A stretch of DNA of 64,000 nucleotides from the human T2T-CHM13v2.0 reference genome, Homo sapiens, in assembly GCF_009914755.1 (NCBI RefSeq), contig NC_060942.1. The stretch is one strand, 5' to 3'. The notes under the pieces were generated by a model that saw only the letters and a list, made by a program, of their open reading frames with translations, was not told the origin of the DNA and searched no databases. Position numbers and translations under genes: made by a program. Positions 1 to 13,620 of this stretch are shown here, in pieces (positions within the stretch are counted from its first letter, which is position 1; the number at the start of each line of letters is the position of its first letter).

Positions 1-485
1 TCTATATATCAGAGTTTCCAAAATATCCTATTATTTTCCTTTTGGAGTTTTGGGATTGTGGAAGTGCCCTGTTTTCTACCATTGAATTATGGAAATTTGA
101 AACATTTCACACCACATGCTACTCAGAGATTTATCATGCTAATGAGTTTTGTGACAAGATGTAGTAAGCAAAATTTTCCTACTTAGAATAAAATGTGTTT
201 TTTGGTTTGTTTAATTTCCTCTGCTTTCTTATGGAATTAACTTTTAGTATAAGATATTTTGAATACTGTTTATATTGAACAAAATGCTAAAAATATGATA
301 AATTGATTTTTCCATACTGTCTTCATTTAGCAAAAATATATACTTGTTACCAAATTCCTAAAATATATTACAGAACCATTAAATAATAAACTTGAGTTGC
401 TTATGTATCTAAATAATTCTTGCCCAGCTCTAATAGAAAAGATGAATATTTTATTTCTCTGGAATAATCTAGTTTAATTTGCAAA

Positions 486-518
<33 letters not shown>

Positions 519-774
519 CAAAAGAAAGAGGTTTAATGGACTTATAGTTCCACATGGCTGCAGAGGCCTCGCAATCAAGGCAGAAGACAAGGAGGAGCAA
601 GTCACATCTTACATGTACAGCAGCAGGCAAAGAGAGAGCTTGTGCAGGGAAACTCCCCTTTTTAAAATGATCAGATCTCATGAGACTTACTTGCTATCCT
701 AAGAACAGCATGGAAATATCCTGGCCCCACGATTCAGTTACTTCCTACCGGGTCCCTCCCACAACACATGGGAA
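519..774 (-). mobile_element. THE1 (THE1B-like) MaLR LTR fragment, truncated at both ends
   Basis: aaagaaagaggtttaatggac...ggaggagcaagtcacatcttac...gggtccctcccacaacacatggg matches the reverse complement of the THE1B LTR; an A-rich tail (T-run 486-518 on +) is attached. Confidence 0.9.
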
Positions 775-1191
775 ATCTCATGTATTATTTTCTTTACTTT
801 TTTCCTGTCTCTTTCCTCTGAGTACCCTCTGTAGCATCTGAAATGGCTTAACTTATCCAATAACTAAACACATGGAAACTTCTGTCTGCCATACTTGGAC
901 TACCTTTTATACATCAGTTATTTTTCTTTAAATTAGTCATTTTAAATTAGTATCAGCTACATAGCTTTCTTGAGATAATTACATTGTTTGCTTTCTTTAA
1001 GGCACTTAGGATAATGTCTGGAAAATGGAAAATGCCATAATAGTCTTCTACCACCAATGCTGTTTTGTCATTTTCTCTTCCATTAAAATCAAGACAAATT
1101 ATTGTCATATACTACATCCAACTCTACATATTTTATGTAGTTGAAATGCACTTAATTTTTAACCTAATTGAAAGTTCTAATTCCTTTGTAT

Positions 1192-2026
1192 TGAAGTGGG
1201 AAAGGTTCCCATGTCCCTGTCACAGGGCATGAGATGGGGGAGTGGTTCGCTTATTCAGTGCCCCGCTGCTCAAACCTCTAGGGGAACAAACCTCTAGGGG
1301 ACAGGTTGTGGGGCTGGGACCCCACGGCAGTGTCTAGGGGTGAATGTTTACAGCTCCTGAAGCCCCAGTGGGCATGTGTTACAGGGTGCTCTTTTAGTTT
1401 GCTGTCTATAGGCGGTTTGTGTTAACCAGCTCAATTAGACCCTCTTCCTTGTCGCAGGGACAGAAGGATTTCTGTATCCGGGGTTCTTGCCTTGGTGTAC
1501 CAGAAAAATCGTATCATACGTGGGCTTGGAGAATGAGTGCAAAGTTTTATTGAGTGGAAGTAGCTCTCCGGCGATGGGGGAGCCAGAAGGGAGATGGTTT
1601 TCTCCTGGAGTTGAGCCGCTCTACGGCCCCAGCTGTACTCCAACCGCCCTGGCCAAACTCCGTCTGGTCCTGCTGGCCAATGGCCTGCCAGCGTGCAGGC
1701 ATCTGTCAGTGTCCTATTCCACCAGCGTGCTCTGGGCGAGCTTCCTTGACATCCTCTCAGGCTTGTGTCTTCTTCCACTAATGCACTTATGCCTTCTTCC
1801 ACTAGTGCGCTCCTTTCGAAGTTTGCCACCTGTTTGTCTGCCCGCTAGTGTCTCAGGTTCTTAGAGGCCCAGGATGGGTGTGTGGTGGGCCAGGGTGGTC
1901 TTGGAAAATGCAACATTTGGGCGCAAAGGCAGGAATGTCTGTCCTCACCTAGGTCCGTGGGGGTGGAGCCCTAGCCAGGTACCTGCCTTTCTCTACCCAG
2001 CACTTCCCTGCCCCCCTCCCATAGAA
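1192..2026 (-). mobile_element. LTR1-family solo LTR (ERV1)
   Basis: Runs from tgaagtgggaaaggttccc to cacttccctgcccccctccc; AATAAA on - at 1546-1551; 4-bp TSD GTAT at 1188-1191 and 2027-2030. Confidence 0.88.
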
Positions 2027-2865
2027 GTATGAATTCACATATTTAATAAATTATCTGTCAAAGAAATAGGAAGGATGAATGATAATTATGGAAAATGTAG
2101 ACTGGTAATTGGAAAACAGAATAGAATAATAATGGATTGATGTAAAAATTAAAAAAATCTATTCATGACTCTTAAAAATATGACGTCTGAATGCTAATTT
2201 CTGGCTTAGTCAATTGATTTCCTTGTGCTAATATTCATTTAAGATGTGAGATATGATATGAAATACATGTTTAAGTGTAATAAGCAGGACTATAGAGCTA
2301 CCTTAAAGCCTTGAGAGAAAACCAAGGATTTTGTACAGTTGGGAAAGTCATCTTTTTAACTGAATATAATACTCAAAATACCAAACTTGCAAGGTCCTTA
2401 GACATAGTCAAGATTCATATGTGTCACTTAAGAGACTTCATGTTGATTATTGATTAATAACTCTATTTTGAATTTTGTGACTAGCTTAATTGTTTAATGC
2501 TTAGCTTATAATCTCAAACTATGAAACATTAGAAATTAATTAATCTTGAGAAATCCCACAGTAATTTCAGATTTTTGTTGTAATTTTTTGAATAATTTGT
2601 TACCTACTGATATCTTTTAAATTAAATCATTCAAATCCCCCACCCACTGATAAAGCACAGAGCGAGGATTTGATTTCTTTCAAAGTGAGTATATATTAAA
2701 AAGGAAGAGTTTTGAAACAAGAACCCTAAAGACCAGCTAGACACAAAGGATGTTCAATAAAGTATAAAATAAAATAATTTTTAAAGAAGTAAGCCAATAG
2801 GAAACTACTGAAAGAGGACAATCTGTAAAAGAATTGTCTCAGTAGCCAAGTATAAAAAAATCAGA

Positions 2866-3031
2866 GGCCAGGCATGGTGGTGCATGCCTATGGTTCCAGC
2901 TACTTAGGGAGGCTGAGGTGGGAGGATTGTTTGAACTCAGGAGGCTGAGGTTGCAGTGAGTCAAGTTTGTGCCAGTGCACTCCAGGCTGAGTGACAGAGT
3001 GAAAGCTTGTGTAAAAAAAAAAAAAAAAAAA
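2866..3031 (+). mobile_element. FRAM / free right-arm Alu monomer
   Basis: ggccaggcatggtgg start, right-arm body, A19 tail, near-TSD aaaaa(a/t)tcaga on both sides. Confidence 0.85.
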
Positions 3032-4395
3032 TTCAGAAATTAACTGCCTTAAAACTGTCAACAGTTAAGAAAACAATATTGGAAGATTAAAAATAGTCTA
3101 GAAAATTGTAGAGACAAAAGCCACAGTGCAAAGATCTAGGAACGGAACAAGAAGACTCTAACAGAAAGCAACAAGTTTAAGACAATTATAAAAACTAGAA
3201 AAGAAATAGGAACAGAAAGTTGGTATACAAGAGAACATATGCAAGTCCCACGGGGCATGAGGTTGTTATTTTGAGGGCAGATGGAAAAGATCATGGAGAA
3301 ATATAAAGACTGTGGTAAAAAAAAAAAAAAATCAATGTAGGTCAAATTAAATATTGATCACATTCAAGGGGACTATTCCTTGTCTTTCTAATTATTAGCA
3401 GCAAATTGAGATATTTAAAGAATAAGCTATATCTGAGCAGATGGACATAGTTGTCTCCAATTACAAAAGGACAAACATAAACATGGAGAAAGGTGGTATT
3501 TAGTCTTTATTTGATGCCTTAATTTTATAGACGTTGATGTCAGGGAAGACAAGTTTTTCACTTTGTCTTCAAGTAAATGGCTACCATTTTATAAAAAAGA
3601 GTACAACTAAGACACTCTGAACAGTAATAATAAATAAAATGGTCAAAATACTGGTTTATTAATAAAAAATATCATAAATATTTTATTTTATAAATGGCAA
3701 ATAAATTTCAAAACTGAATTTACAAGAGACTTCAAGCTTTATATAATGCAATTTAAGGTTATTTTAATGACTTCTAAATCCTGGGGAATATTGCAAATAA
3801 TTAATTTTGCAGGATGTTAGCCAACTTGAGAACAAGTAGATTTGACAGTATATTTAACTCACAATTATAAATATTAATATTATATTTAATAGAGTAGCAA
3901 CAACTAAATGCACATTTCTTTATACACACACTCTTGTTTGGCACTATTGTTTATTTAATTATTGTTATAAGTATGGCAGGAATGAATTTAGTATTGTAAT
4001 TGCCTTTCTGCTGACAAGGCTTTTATAACTTCATAGAGACATAGGTTAACTTATACAATTTTATCTGATGAAGATTAAAATAAATTGTCTGGTGGAAAAT
4101 AGATTCCCAAATATTACGACTTATAGCTCTGTTGGATATTAAGCAATTGATTAATGGAGCAAAGTTTATTTAATATTCTTTTATTAAATAGCCTACAAAT
4201 ATCTAGTATCTCAAATGCTTGTTGAACAGTATCTGACATTTTACTGAATCCACACTAATGAGTTAAATAATACATATGACATGTAATCTTTTTATATTTG
4301 CAAGAGTTACAATTTTCGCTTATTAGAAATTATTATGAACAACACTTTACATGGTAGTGTGGTGATGGACAAGTAACATAAAATATTACAGTGTA

Positions 4396-4515
4396 CAATT
4401 TGCTCCTATAAACAGGAATGATACTAGCACACTTCTCCTAAATATATTGGGATAAATAAATTGCTTAAAACATATAATTTATTTTAGAACAATGCCCCTT
4501 CCTTAGTAGGCTTTA
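4396..4515 (+). mobile_element. MIR fragment
   Basis: Degenerate match to the MIR core/3' part (ctcctataaacaggaatgatactagcac...ttagaacaatgcc...tagtagg). Confidence 0.4.
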
Positions 4516-4834
4516 TATATTTTTCATAAGATAATGACAATCTGGACCTAATTTGTACATAGATAAAAGTATTAAATAAGATAATAGAGTTTCTGCCACA
4601 GATTAATTTATTGAAGGTACTTTATAGTTTTGTTACAATAAACATAATTACCAGAAATAGACAAAGGTTCTCTTTTATGCTCAACATTTTTAATATAACA
4701 CTGATAATAAAATGTTATAGTAAATGTTTGGTAACCCAAAAATGTTACCAAATTTGAAAATTAATCTACTTTATTTATTAGATCATACTTTTTATTAGAA
4801 AAACATTGAAAATAGAGTTACGGTTAATGAAAAT

Positions 4835-5030
4835 AGATATGTGTACATAGAAATATATAAGTAAATTGATATATCCACACATATAAACACATATATATAT
4901 TGAAGTATATATATGTTGATGCATATTGCTATCTGTGTGTGTATATATATATGTGCATGAGTGTGTGTCTGTGTATCGATCATATATGTATCTTCAATAT
5001 GTTTCAAATGTATATATTGTGAAAAATATA
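4835..5030. repeat. Degenerate (TA)n/(TG)n low-complexity tract
   Basis: Alternating purine-pyrimidine runs visible directly. Confidence 0.8.
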
Positions 5031-5400
5031 AACCCAAACGTGCACGTTTCACTTGGAAAGTGTAAGTTATTTGGATAAAAAAAGACTATGTTAAGTAACT
5101 AAACAACTACAGTGCAAATAGAAGCATGTCTTTTCCATTATCTTTTTCTATTTGTGGAATTTGTAGCCTTTTTTAACCCTGGAAGGTATAGAAATATTTT
5201 CATGTGTTCAGTGGATAGGTGGGAGTGCAGATAGGGGGCAAGAGACACAGAGAAAGAGAGAGAGAAAATTCTTGATAATTTTCTATACCGTTAATCATTA
5301 TATGCAGCCAATATATTTGCATTTATGTTGTGTTTATGTGAAGTTAACATATTTAATAATGCATTATAAGAAATGCTTTTTCAGACTAGAATAAGAACCT

Positions 5401-6314
5401 CAGAAAGGGAGAAAATGTTTGCAATCTACCCATCTGAAAGGGGCTAATATCCAGAATCTACAAAGAACTTAAACAAATTTACAAGAAAAAAATCAAACAG
5501 CCCCATCAAAAAGTGGGCAAAGGATATGAACAGATACTTCTCAAAAGAAGACATTTATGCAGCCAATAGACACATGATGACACTGGTCATCAGAGAAATG
5601 CAAATCAAAACTACAATGAGATACCATCTCACACCAGTTAGAATGGTGATGATAAAAAAGTCAGGAAACAGCAGCCGGAGAGGATGTGGAAAAATAGGAA
5701 TGCTTTTTCACTGTTGGTGGGAGTGTAAACTAGTTCAACCATTGTGGAAGACAGTGTGGCAATTCCTCAAGGATGTAGAACTAGAAATACCATTGGACCC
5801 AGAGTTCCCATTACTGGGTATATACACAAAGGATTATAAATCATGCTACTATAGGACACATGCACATGTATGTTTATAGTGGCACTATTCACAATAGCAA
5901 AGACTTGGAACCAACCCAAATGTCCATCAGTGATAGACTGGATTAAGAAAATGTGGCACATATACACCATGGAATACTATGCAGCCACAAAAAAGGAAGA
6001 GTTCATGTCCTTTGTGGGGACATGGATGAAGCTGGAAACCATCATTCTGAGAAACTGTCACAAGGACAGAAAACCAAACACCGCATGTTCTCACTCATAG
6101 GTGGGAATTGAACAATGAGAACATTTGGACACAGGGCAGGGAACATCACACACAGGGGCCTGTAATGGGATGGGGGGATGGAGGAGGGATAGCATTAGGA
6201 TAAATACCTAATGTAAATGATGGGTTAATGGATACAGCAAACCAACATGGTGCATGTATACATATGTAACAAACCTGCGCATTGTGCACATGTACCCTAG
6301 AACTTAAAGTATAA

Positions 6315-6346
<32 letters not shown>
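5401..6346 (+). mobile_element. 5'-truncated L1PA (about PA6/PA7) 3' end
   Basis: ORF2 C-terminal peptides in the ORF track ([37 protein letters not shown]); 3' UTR ending ctagaacttaaagtataat; A then (TA)n tail; TSD gaacct(c)cagaaa. Confidence 0.95.
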
Positions 6347-7058
6347 GAACCTCCAGAAATTTTCTCTTCTATAAAAGCATTAAGAACACTGGCAAACAAT
6401 GTATCTAACTCTACGTCTTTTAAAGCTCTGGAAATTACTCAAATGTTTGTAACAATCTGAGGAATATTTGTTTTTTGAAAAGTGCTGAATCTTGATAACA
6501 ACAGCAAGTTCTATGATATGCTATCTTGCCCCATGACGTTCTCCACCCTCCCCGTCCAGTTCCGTGGTAGTCTTGAAGCCAACAGCCTCAAAAGCAGAGT
6601 AATCATAAAAATGAGCACTCTAGCTATCGTTAAAGGGGCATAATAGTTGGAACTACTCAAATAGCACTATAGCTAATCAATTGTCACTATTTGGTGTATC
6701 TGAAAGTTTCCTGGGAATTCTCCATTCATAGGGCTGTCTTTAGTTTACCTAACTCAGAGCTTATTTAGTGTGAACAGCCCTATCTCCTGAACATGCATCT
6801 AGAAAAATCAGAGGCAAACAAAAACATTTAAAAAGAAAATCTGGAAAAAGCTAGGGACATACGGGGACTTAAAAAGAATCAGTTTCCTGACAATCTAGAA
6901 GGCCATGTATGTGTGCAGGGCTGTGGGCATGAGAAATGCCTGAGAATGTGCAGAATCTCACCTGTGGCTCTTGTTAAGGGTCTACACACCAGGGAATGAA
7001 AGGTAAGGCAATTAAAAGCTGCTGGAGTGTTAAAGATGAGCCAGAAACGCGTGCATAC

Positions 7059-7060
<2 letters not shown>

Positions 7061-7098
<38 letters not shown>

Positions 7099-7101
7099 AC
7101 C
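7061..7101. repeat. (CA)n microsatellite
   Basis: Direct observation. Confidence 0.95.
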
Positions 7102-9972
7102 CCACTTTGGCAAATGCCAGGAGACATATAGCTTTAAGGCATTTAAGGAACTCTCTGTGTCAACATTATCTGAATAATGTACTAATTGAATCAAATTTCA
7201 GTGACCACATATGAAAAAGAATAATTAATGTCATAATGAATCAGAGGAATTCACTAAACAACAAGAAAGAGAAAAAAAATAATTGTTTTAAAATGCCAAA
7301 TCCCACTTTTAATGATAAGTAGAACAACAAGGCGGAATATCAACAAGGAAACACATGAGGTGAACAACACTGTAAACAATCTGCCTAACAGATAAAGAAC
7401 ACTCCACCCAACAGTAGAAAGAATCCCAGATTCTTCTCCAAGATTCTTGTCCAGGGCACATGGCATATTCTCCCGGATAAAATGTGTATAAGGCCATTAT
7501 GCAAGCCTCAAGGAATTTTAAAAAGACTAAAATCATACACATTACTTTCTCTGACTAAAATGAAATGAAATTAGAAGTCAATGACAGAAGGAAATTTGTG
7601 AAGTTCACGAATACATAAAAATTAAACAGCGCATTCCTAAATAGCCAATGAGTCAAAGAAGAAATCACTGGGGAAATTATAACAATTTTTGAGATTGATG
7701 AAAACAAAAATACACACCCAATCTCATGGGATAAAACTAAAGCAATGCTCAAAATAAAAATTAAGGCTCTCAATACCAGTATTTAAAAAAGATGACCCCA
7801 GATCAATAACTGAACATTCCACCATACCAAACATTAAGGAAAATAAAGTAAAACCCAAGTGCAACGTAAAGAGAAAATAATAAATGTCAGAGGAGAAATA
7901 AATGAAATAGAGAATAGAAAAATATGAGAGAAAGTCAGTGAAACCAAAAGCAACAAAACTAACAAAACCTAAGCTATATTGACCAAGGAAAACAAGAGAA
8001 AAGACTAAAATGATTAAAATCAGGAATGAAACAGGGGATATTACTTGACCTTAGAATAATAAATAGGACAATATAATAATACTTACAATTTAATACAAAA
8101 AGTAGATAATCAAGATAAGATGAACAAATTCATAGAAACACGTAAACTACAAAAACTTGCTTAAGAAATTAAAAATATAAATAAATTTAGGCACATAAAA
8201 TATTGGAATAATAATTTTTAAAATCCCACAAATAAAACTCAAGGCCCACATGGCTTTCCTGATGAATTCTACCAAACATTTAAAGAAGAATTAACAACAG
8301 TCCTTCATAAACTCTTCCAAAATGTAGAACATAAGGGAACATTTCCCAGCTAACTCCATGAAGCTTTACCCCAGGAATGTAAGGTCAATCTAATATCTTA
8401 AAAACCATCAATATAATATATCATATTAATAGATTACAGGACTAAATTAAATGATTATCTCAATAAATACAGAAATGCATTTCACCAAGTCCAGCAAACT
8501 TTCATGAAAAAAAAAAACACTCAATAAAATAGAAATTGAAGGGGCTTTCCTCAGCCTGATACAGTATATCTATAAAAACCTGCAACTATTATCATACTAA
8601 TGATGACAGACTGAAAGCTTTTCATTGGTTTCATTGACGAAATAAAATATCTGCTTTTGCCACTTTTTGTCAACATTTGCTGAAAGTTTTCCCAGGGCTA
8701 TTCAGGGAAAAAGCAGGCATCTAGATTGGTGATTAAGAAGTAAAGTTATCTATGTTTGCTTGTGATATGACCTTATATATAGAAAATAGTCAGGAATGCA
8801 CAAAATAACCTATTACAAATGATGAATGAGATCAGCAAGGTTATGTATACAAAGTCAGAAGAAATTCAGTTGCCCTCCATTTCTATACACTATTAGTAAT
8901 CCAAAAATAAAATTAAGTAAACAGTATAATTTACAATTGAATCAATAAAATAAATAACTAGGAATAAATTATCAAAACAAGAGAAAGATTGTACACTAAA
9001 AATGTAAAAACACTGAAAATGTAAAGAATGTCTGAAGAAATAGTAAGGTGTCCTTAACTCATAGATTGGAAAATGTAATATTTTTAAGATGACAATGTTC
9101 TCCAAATTGACCTACACTGTCAATTCAGTGGACAAGGTAATACTAAATTTTTTATGAAAAAACAAGGCATCCTGAATACTCAAGATGGTGTTAAGTAAGA
9201 AAAATAAAGCTGTAAGACTCACACTTCTCAATTTCATGGTTTACTAAAAAGCTACATTAAGGCAACCTTTGTGGTTCTGACATACAAACAGGCATAAACA
9301 CTTAAATTTATGATTAATTTTTTTTACCAGGGTATCAAAACAATTAATTGGAGAAAAATAATTTACAAATATGATTCTGGGAGAACAGGATATCCACATG
9401 TTAAATAATGCAGTTTGACCTCGACAACATAACATGTAAAATAATTAACTGAAAATGTGTCAGTAACCTAAATATACAAGCTAAAACTATAACGCTCTTT
9501 GGAGAAAACATAAATGTAAATCTTCATCTTAGATTTGGCAAATATTTCTTAGATAGGACACCAAAAACACAAATAACAGAAGAAAAATTACATAAAATGT
9601 ATTTCATTAGAATGAAAATTGCAGTGCTTCAAAGATCACATCAACAGTGAAAATAACCCACAGAAGGGAGAATATGTTTGTAAATCATTCATCAGATAAA
9701 GGACAAAGAACATACATCCAGTAACCCAAGTAATAAGTGGGCAAATTACTTCAATAGACATTTTTCAACAGAAGATATACAAAGGGGCAGTAAGAACAGG
9801 GGTAAAATGCTACACATAATTAGATATTAGGAAAATGCAAATCGAAACCATAATGCAATGAGTTTCATGCAATGATTGGTTAAAAAACAAAAGCAAGACT
9901 GTGGAGAAATTGGAGCCTTCATATATTATTGGTCAAACTGTAAAACTGTATAAGCACTTTGAAATGCTTGTA

Positions 9973-10053
9973 ATAGTTTGGTGCAAAGATAAATGCGGCT
10001 TTTGCAATTTTAAAAAAATTTTAATTGTAAAACCACAGTTACTTTTCACCTAA
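9973..10053. mobile_element. MADE1 (Hsmar1-derived MITE)
   Basis: tagtttggtgcaaagataaatgcggcttttgc...taattgtaaaaccacagttacttttcacctaa matches the ~80-bp palindromic MADE1; TA on the left, TG on the right. Confidence 0.85.
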
Positions 10054-10179
10054 TGTAAATGGTTAAACACAGTTACCATATGATCCAGTGAATCCACTCC
10101 TTGGTTTATATCCAGAAGAATGAAACATGTATTGTCTTTTAACTTGGGAATAGATAAATAAAATGTTATATGTATAAAT

Positions 10180-10200
10180 ACACACACACACACACACACA
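10180..10200. repeat. (CA)n microsatellite
   Basis: Direct observation. Confidence 0.9.
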
Positions 10201-11248
10201 GTATAATATTATTCAGTCATAAAGAAGAACGAAGTACTGAAATGCCCTATAACATAGATGAACCATGGAAACATTATAAGTGAAAAATGTCAGTCACAAA
10301 TAGCCACATATTTTGTGTATATGAAATGTCCATAATATTAATATTATAAACACAATGTAGATATGTTTTTTTAGGATCTGGTTATAGGGCATAGAAGGAT
10401 GGAGAGTGATTGGTAATAGGTACAGGATTTCCTTTTTAGAGAATGAAAATATCTTAAAATTAATAGTAATGGCTGTGCAGCTCTGTGAATATACTAAAAA
10501 TCACTTAATTGTACAATTCCAAAGGGTGAATTATGGTATGTCCATTATACCTCAATAACACCATCATTGAAAAATTGTATTAGACAGTATTGATGACGTC
10601 AATGAGACAGTGCAGCAAGCTCATGCATCTCAGCAGAACCTGCACGTGACCAAGCTATAAATGCCTTCATGTAAGCCAATCAGATCTGCAGATAATTTAT
10701 TACTACAAAAAACTGATAAAAATTGAATGGTACACTACTATTTTTCCATACTGCACAAAAATAATGTTTATCATTCCAATATTTATTCCAGTCAAGACTC
10801 AATCATATTTTTGGGGCAATTTTTTAGGCTCAAAATTTGATTATTCTAGGCTGGTATTTCAAATAGATAGCTTTTCTGTTTTTATCTCGTGTTTGAGGTG
10901 CCTTTGATGATGTTCATTAAGCTAAAGGAGTTTTAAATAGGTGACTGAAAGATCAATGTATTGTTTTCTAAAATGGCTTATGATAACACAAAGAAGAGAT
11001 ATTTTTTAAAGTTGGAATGACAAAGTCACTGAAGTACCAGATATATTTAAATAGACATTTTAATTTCTACTAAGATTTTAATAAATATTCTGCTAAAAAT
11101 TTGGAATTCAAACTGGCTGATTAATCTATTTAGCTACCTACTAAAAATGATCACTTAACAATAAATTATAAAATTGTTACAGTTTGATAGTGATACAATT
11201 TTTAAACAATCACACACCACAAAAAATAAGCATCTTAATTCTCCAAGC

Positions 11249-11585
11249 TTTTTTTTTTTTTTTTTTTTTTTTGAGACAGGGTTTGGCTCTTGCTGCCCAA
11301 GCTGGAGTGCAATGGCGTGATCTAGGCTCACTGCAACCTCCACCTCCCAGGTCCAAGAGATTCTCCTGCCTCAGCCTTCCGAGTAGCTGGGATTATAGGC
11401 TCCTGCCACCACGCCTGGCTATTTTGTTTGTTTGTTTTGTTTTGTTTTCTTTTGTTTGTATTTTTAGTGGAGATAGGGTTTCGCCATGTTGGTCAGGCTG
11501 GTTTCGAACCCCTGACCTCAGGTGATCCACCCGCCTCGGCCTCCCAAAGTGCTGGGATTACAGGCATGAGCCACTGCGCCCAGCC
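11249..11585 (-). mobile_element. AluS (Sp/Sq-like), full length
   Basis: Dimeric Alu with T-tail; TSD tccaagctttt; central linker expanded to (TTTG)n. Confidence 0.96.
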
Positions 11586-13620
11586 CATTTCCAAGCTTTT
11601 ACATCCATTTTTAATTAAATTTATATGAGATTTTATACAAGTCTATCATATTTTAATATTCTCAACTCTTTGTATGAATAAATCAGTTGTATTCTTCTTC
11701 ACTAAAAAAAACAGGAATAAATTGATATTTTATGAATAATTTTATTCACTACTCCTTATTTTAAAAAATATATTTGTTTCAACAGTTTCATGGTTTTCAA
11801 ACATGTGGTTTATGATAGGCCAAATTTTTCTATTTTGAAATAGAAAATATTTATTCAAGAAAGTATCACCAATATACATCATGCAAATTTTAATTAAAAA
11901 TGTTATGCTCCTGAGTTGTTTTGATAGCTAGTGTCCTGGAAGACAGATAGCTTCAATATTTTACAACCAGACTAATTTGGAGGTACTGATTTAAATGTTA
12001 AATGTTCTTCATATTGCAGAGGGAGTAAAAGTTGGGTATGAGAATGAACAAACAAACAAAGAAACAAACACACTCTACTTGAAGGGCAGGTGATAAAGGC
12101 ATACAATTACCCAACAGTTGAGAAAAGTACACTATATTTCAAGTACTAACTTAATGGTGTACAGATTAAAATATGAGGCACACATTGTATTTGACTTCAT
12201 AAAGTTATAGCATTGACATAACACAAGCATGTTTAAAGAATTTTAAGAGCTACATGAATGTTATTTACAAGGGTTAATAAGAAGCAAATGCACAATTTAA
12301 TTTAATTGTTTCACAAAAAATATATAATGTGGTCAAATTAATAGAATACAAGTGTTGAGTATAGGAAGCTGGGATTTTAGCTTGACTTTCTATTTATTAT
12401 GTTTCTTTTTGATCTTTAGATTCATTATCTGCAAAATAGAGATGATTAAAATATTTAAGCAAGTATTTAATAAATTTAGCTAACTTTTCCTTGGTCGTTT
12501 TCTGGTAATGGAAAACTAACTAGAATGAATTGTAAGGCAAGCCAAGGACCGCAATTTTTATGTTGTGAGATGCTCAGATCGAAAAACATGGATTCTTCAA
12601 TTTCTTTCAATCTTAGATTCACAATCACAATTATGGGCCAGAATCAACGAGACAAAAAATAAAACAATTCAGCTATTTCTAAAATGAACTGTGTCATGAC
12701 TACTTATTTGTATGATTAATGAGTAATGCAATACACTGTCTAATTGTCTGTTTTCTTTTTATTCAGGAAAAATGATGTAATTTAGATATGATATGTTTTA
12801 AGATGTGTATGTTAAGTGTAATAATGTTTATTTCCTGATTAATTTGGATTATCTTTGATTATCAAAAGGAAATTTGATTAAGTATGATTTATGAGTTTAA
12901 ATAGCAGTTTATGTGGTTTTGGAATAACTGATAAATGACTGCAACTTACTTTTAAAATTATACCTTTCAGGAAAGACTGCTTCCTATACTGAAGAATGTA
13001 TTTGAGGCTTCGAAAACAATCAATTAGAAACTTCAGGAGGGAAACACTTAGATCATTCTTCTGTGTGATACACTGCAAGTATTTATAGCAAATCCCAGAT
13101 ATTGACATCGTAAATTTGTTCTAAAAATGTCTTTTCAGTTTTTCAAGTTGACGAAGCACTTAAGCCCCAGGTTCTTAAAAATTATTTGAAGTAAAACTTA
13201 ACTTTCATCTATTCTGTCTGGAGAATGAATTAAGGCAATATTTCCTTTACGTCATGATTGAAAGTCCTATTTGCAAACTTCTGCTATTATGTTTTAGTAA
13301 AAATATTTTATAGAAGAGTTTTAGGAACTCTGATTTAGTTTTCAAAGGTAACTCCTAGAAAAGTACTTTTGAAAAATTATAATTTTTACTCTATATTTCA
13401 GAAGCAGTAAGGAGATGCTATAGATTGATAGCTCTTTATCTCCACTGACATTCAGTGATGGAGCTTCTTTCTTCATTTCTAGCTATGAAGATTAAGCACC
13501 TCATAAAGTTGCAGTATAAATACCTAGAAATTCATCTGTGCCTTTTTCTGCATGATATTATGTTGACAAGCTGGTATCAAGCAACCTAACACACTTAAAG
13601 ATTAACATTAAAACTGATAT

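Larger units (their letters stand above)
5375..10575 (+). mobile_element. Old L1 (L1M4-type 5' UTR, decayed ORF2, L1MB7/8-type 3' UTR), interrupted by L1PA and MADE1
   Basis: 5' UTR-like sequence at 5375-5400 and 6347-7270; ORF2 remnants ~7290-10140; 3' UTR ...ctctgtgaatatactaaaaatcacttaattgtac...cctcaataa; ORF1 not recognisable. Confidence 0.8.

Noticed and set aside
1431-1864. Overlapping 75-132 aa ORFs
   Set aside because: They lie entirely within the GC-rich LTR1 and have no recognisable domain
5526-6100. ORFs with clear protein similarity
   Set aside because: Frameshifted L1 ORF2 C-terminus, not a host gene; the same applies to ORFs at 13884-14232, 22033-22418, 47621-49658 and 57843-58204
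11155-11628. Alu-derived ORFs (also 37712-38040, 44086-44292, 48403-48828, 50166-50414)
   Set aside because: Typical Alu translation artefacts
2238-12825. Three 11-13 bp words (agatatgatatg, tttaagatgtg, ttaagtgtaataa) shared between ~2240-2283 and ~12784-12823
   Set aside because: The order differs, similarity does not extend into the flanks, and the DNA is very AT-rich; cannot be separated from chance without a statistical test
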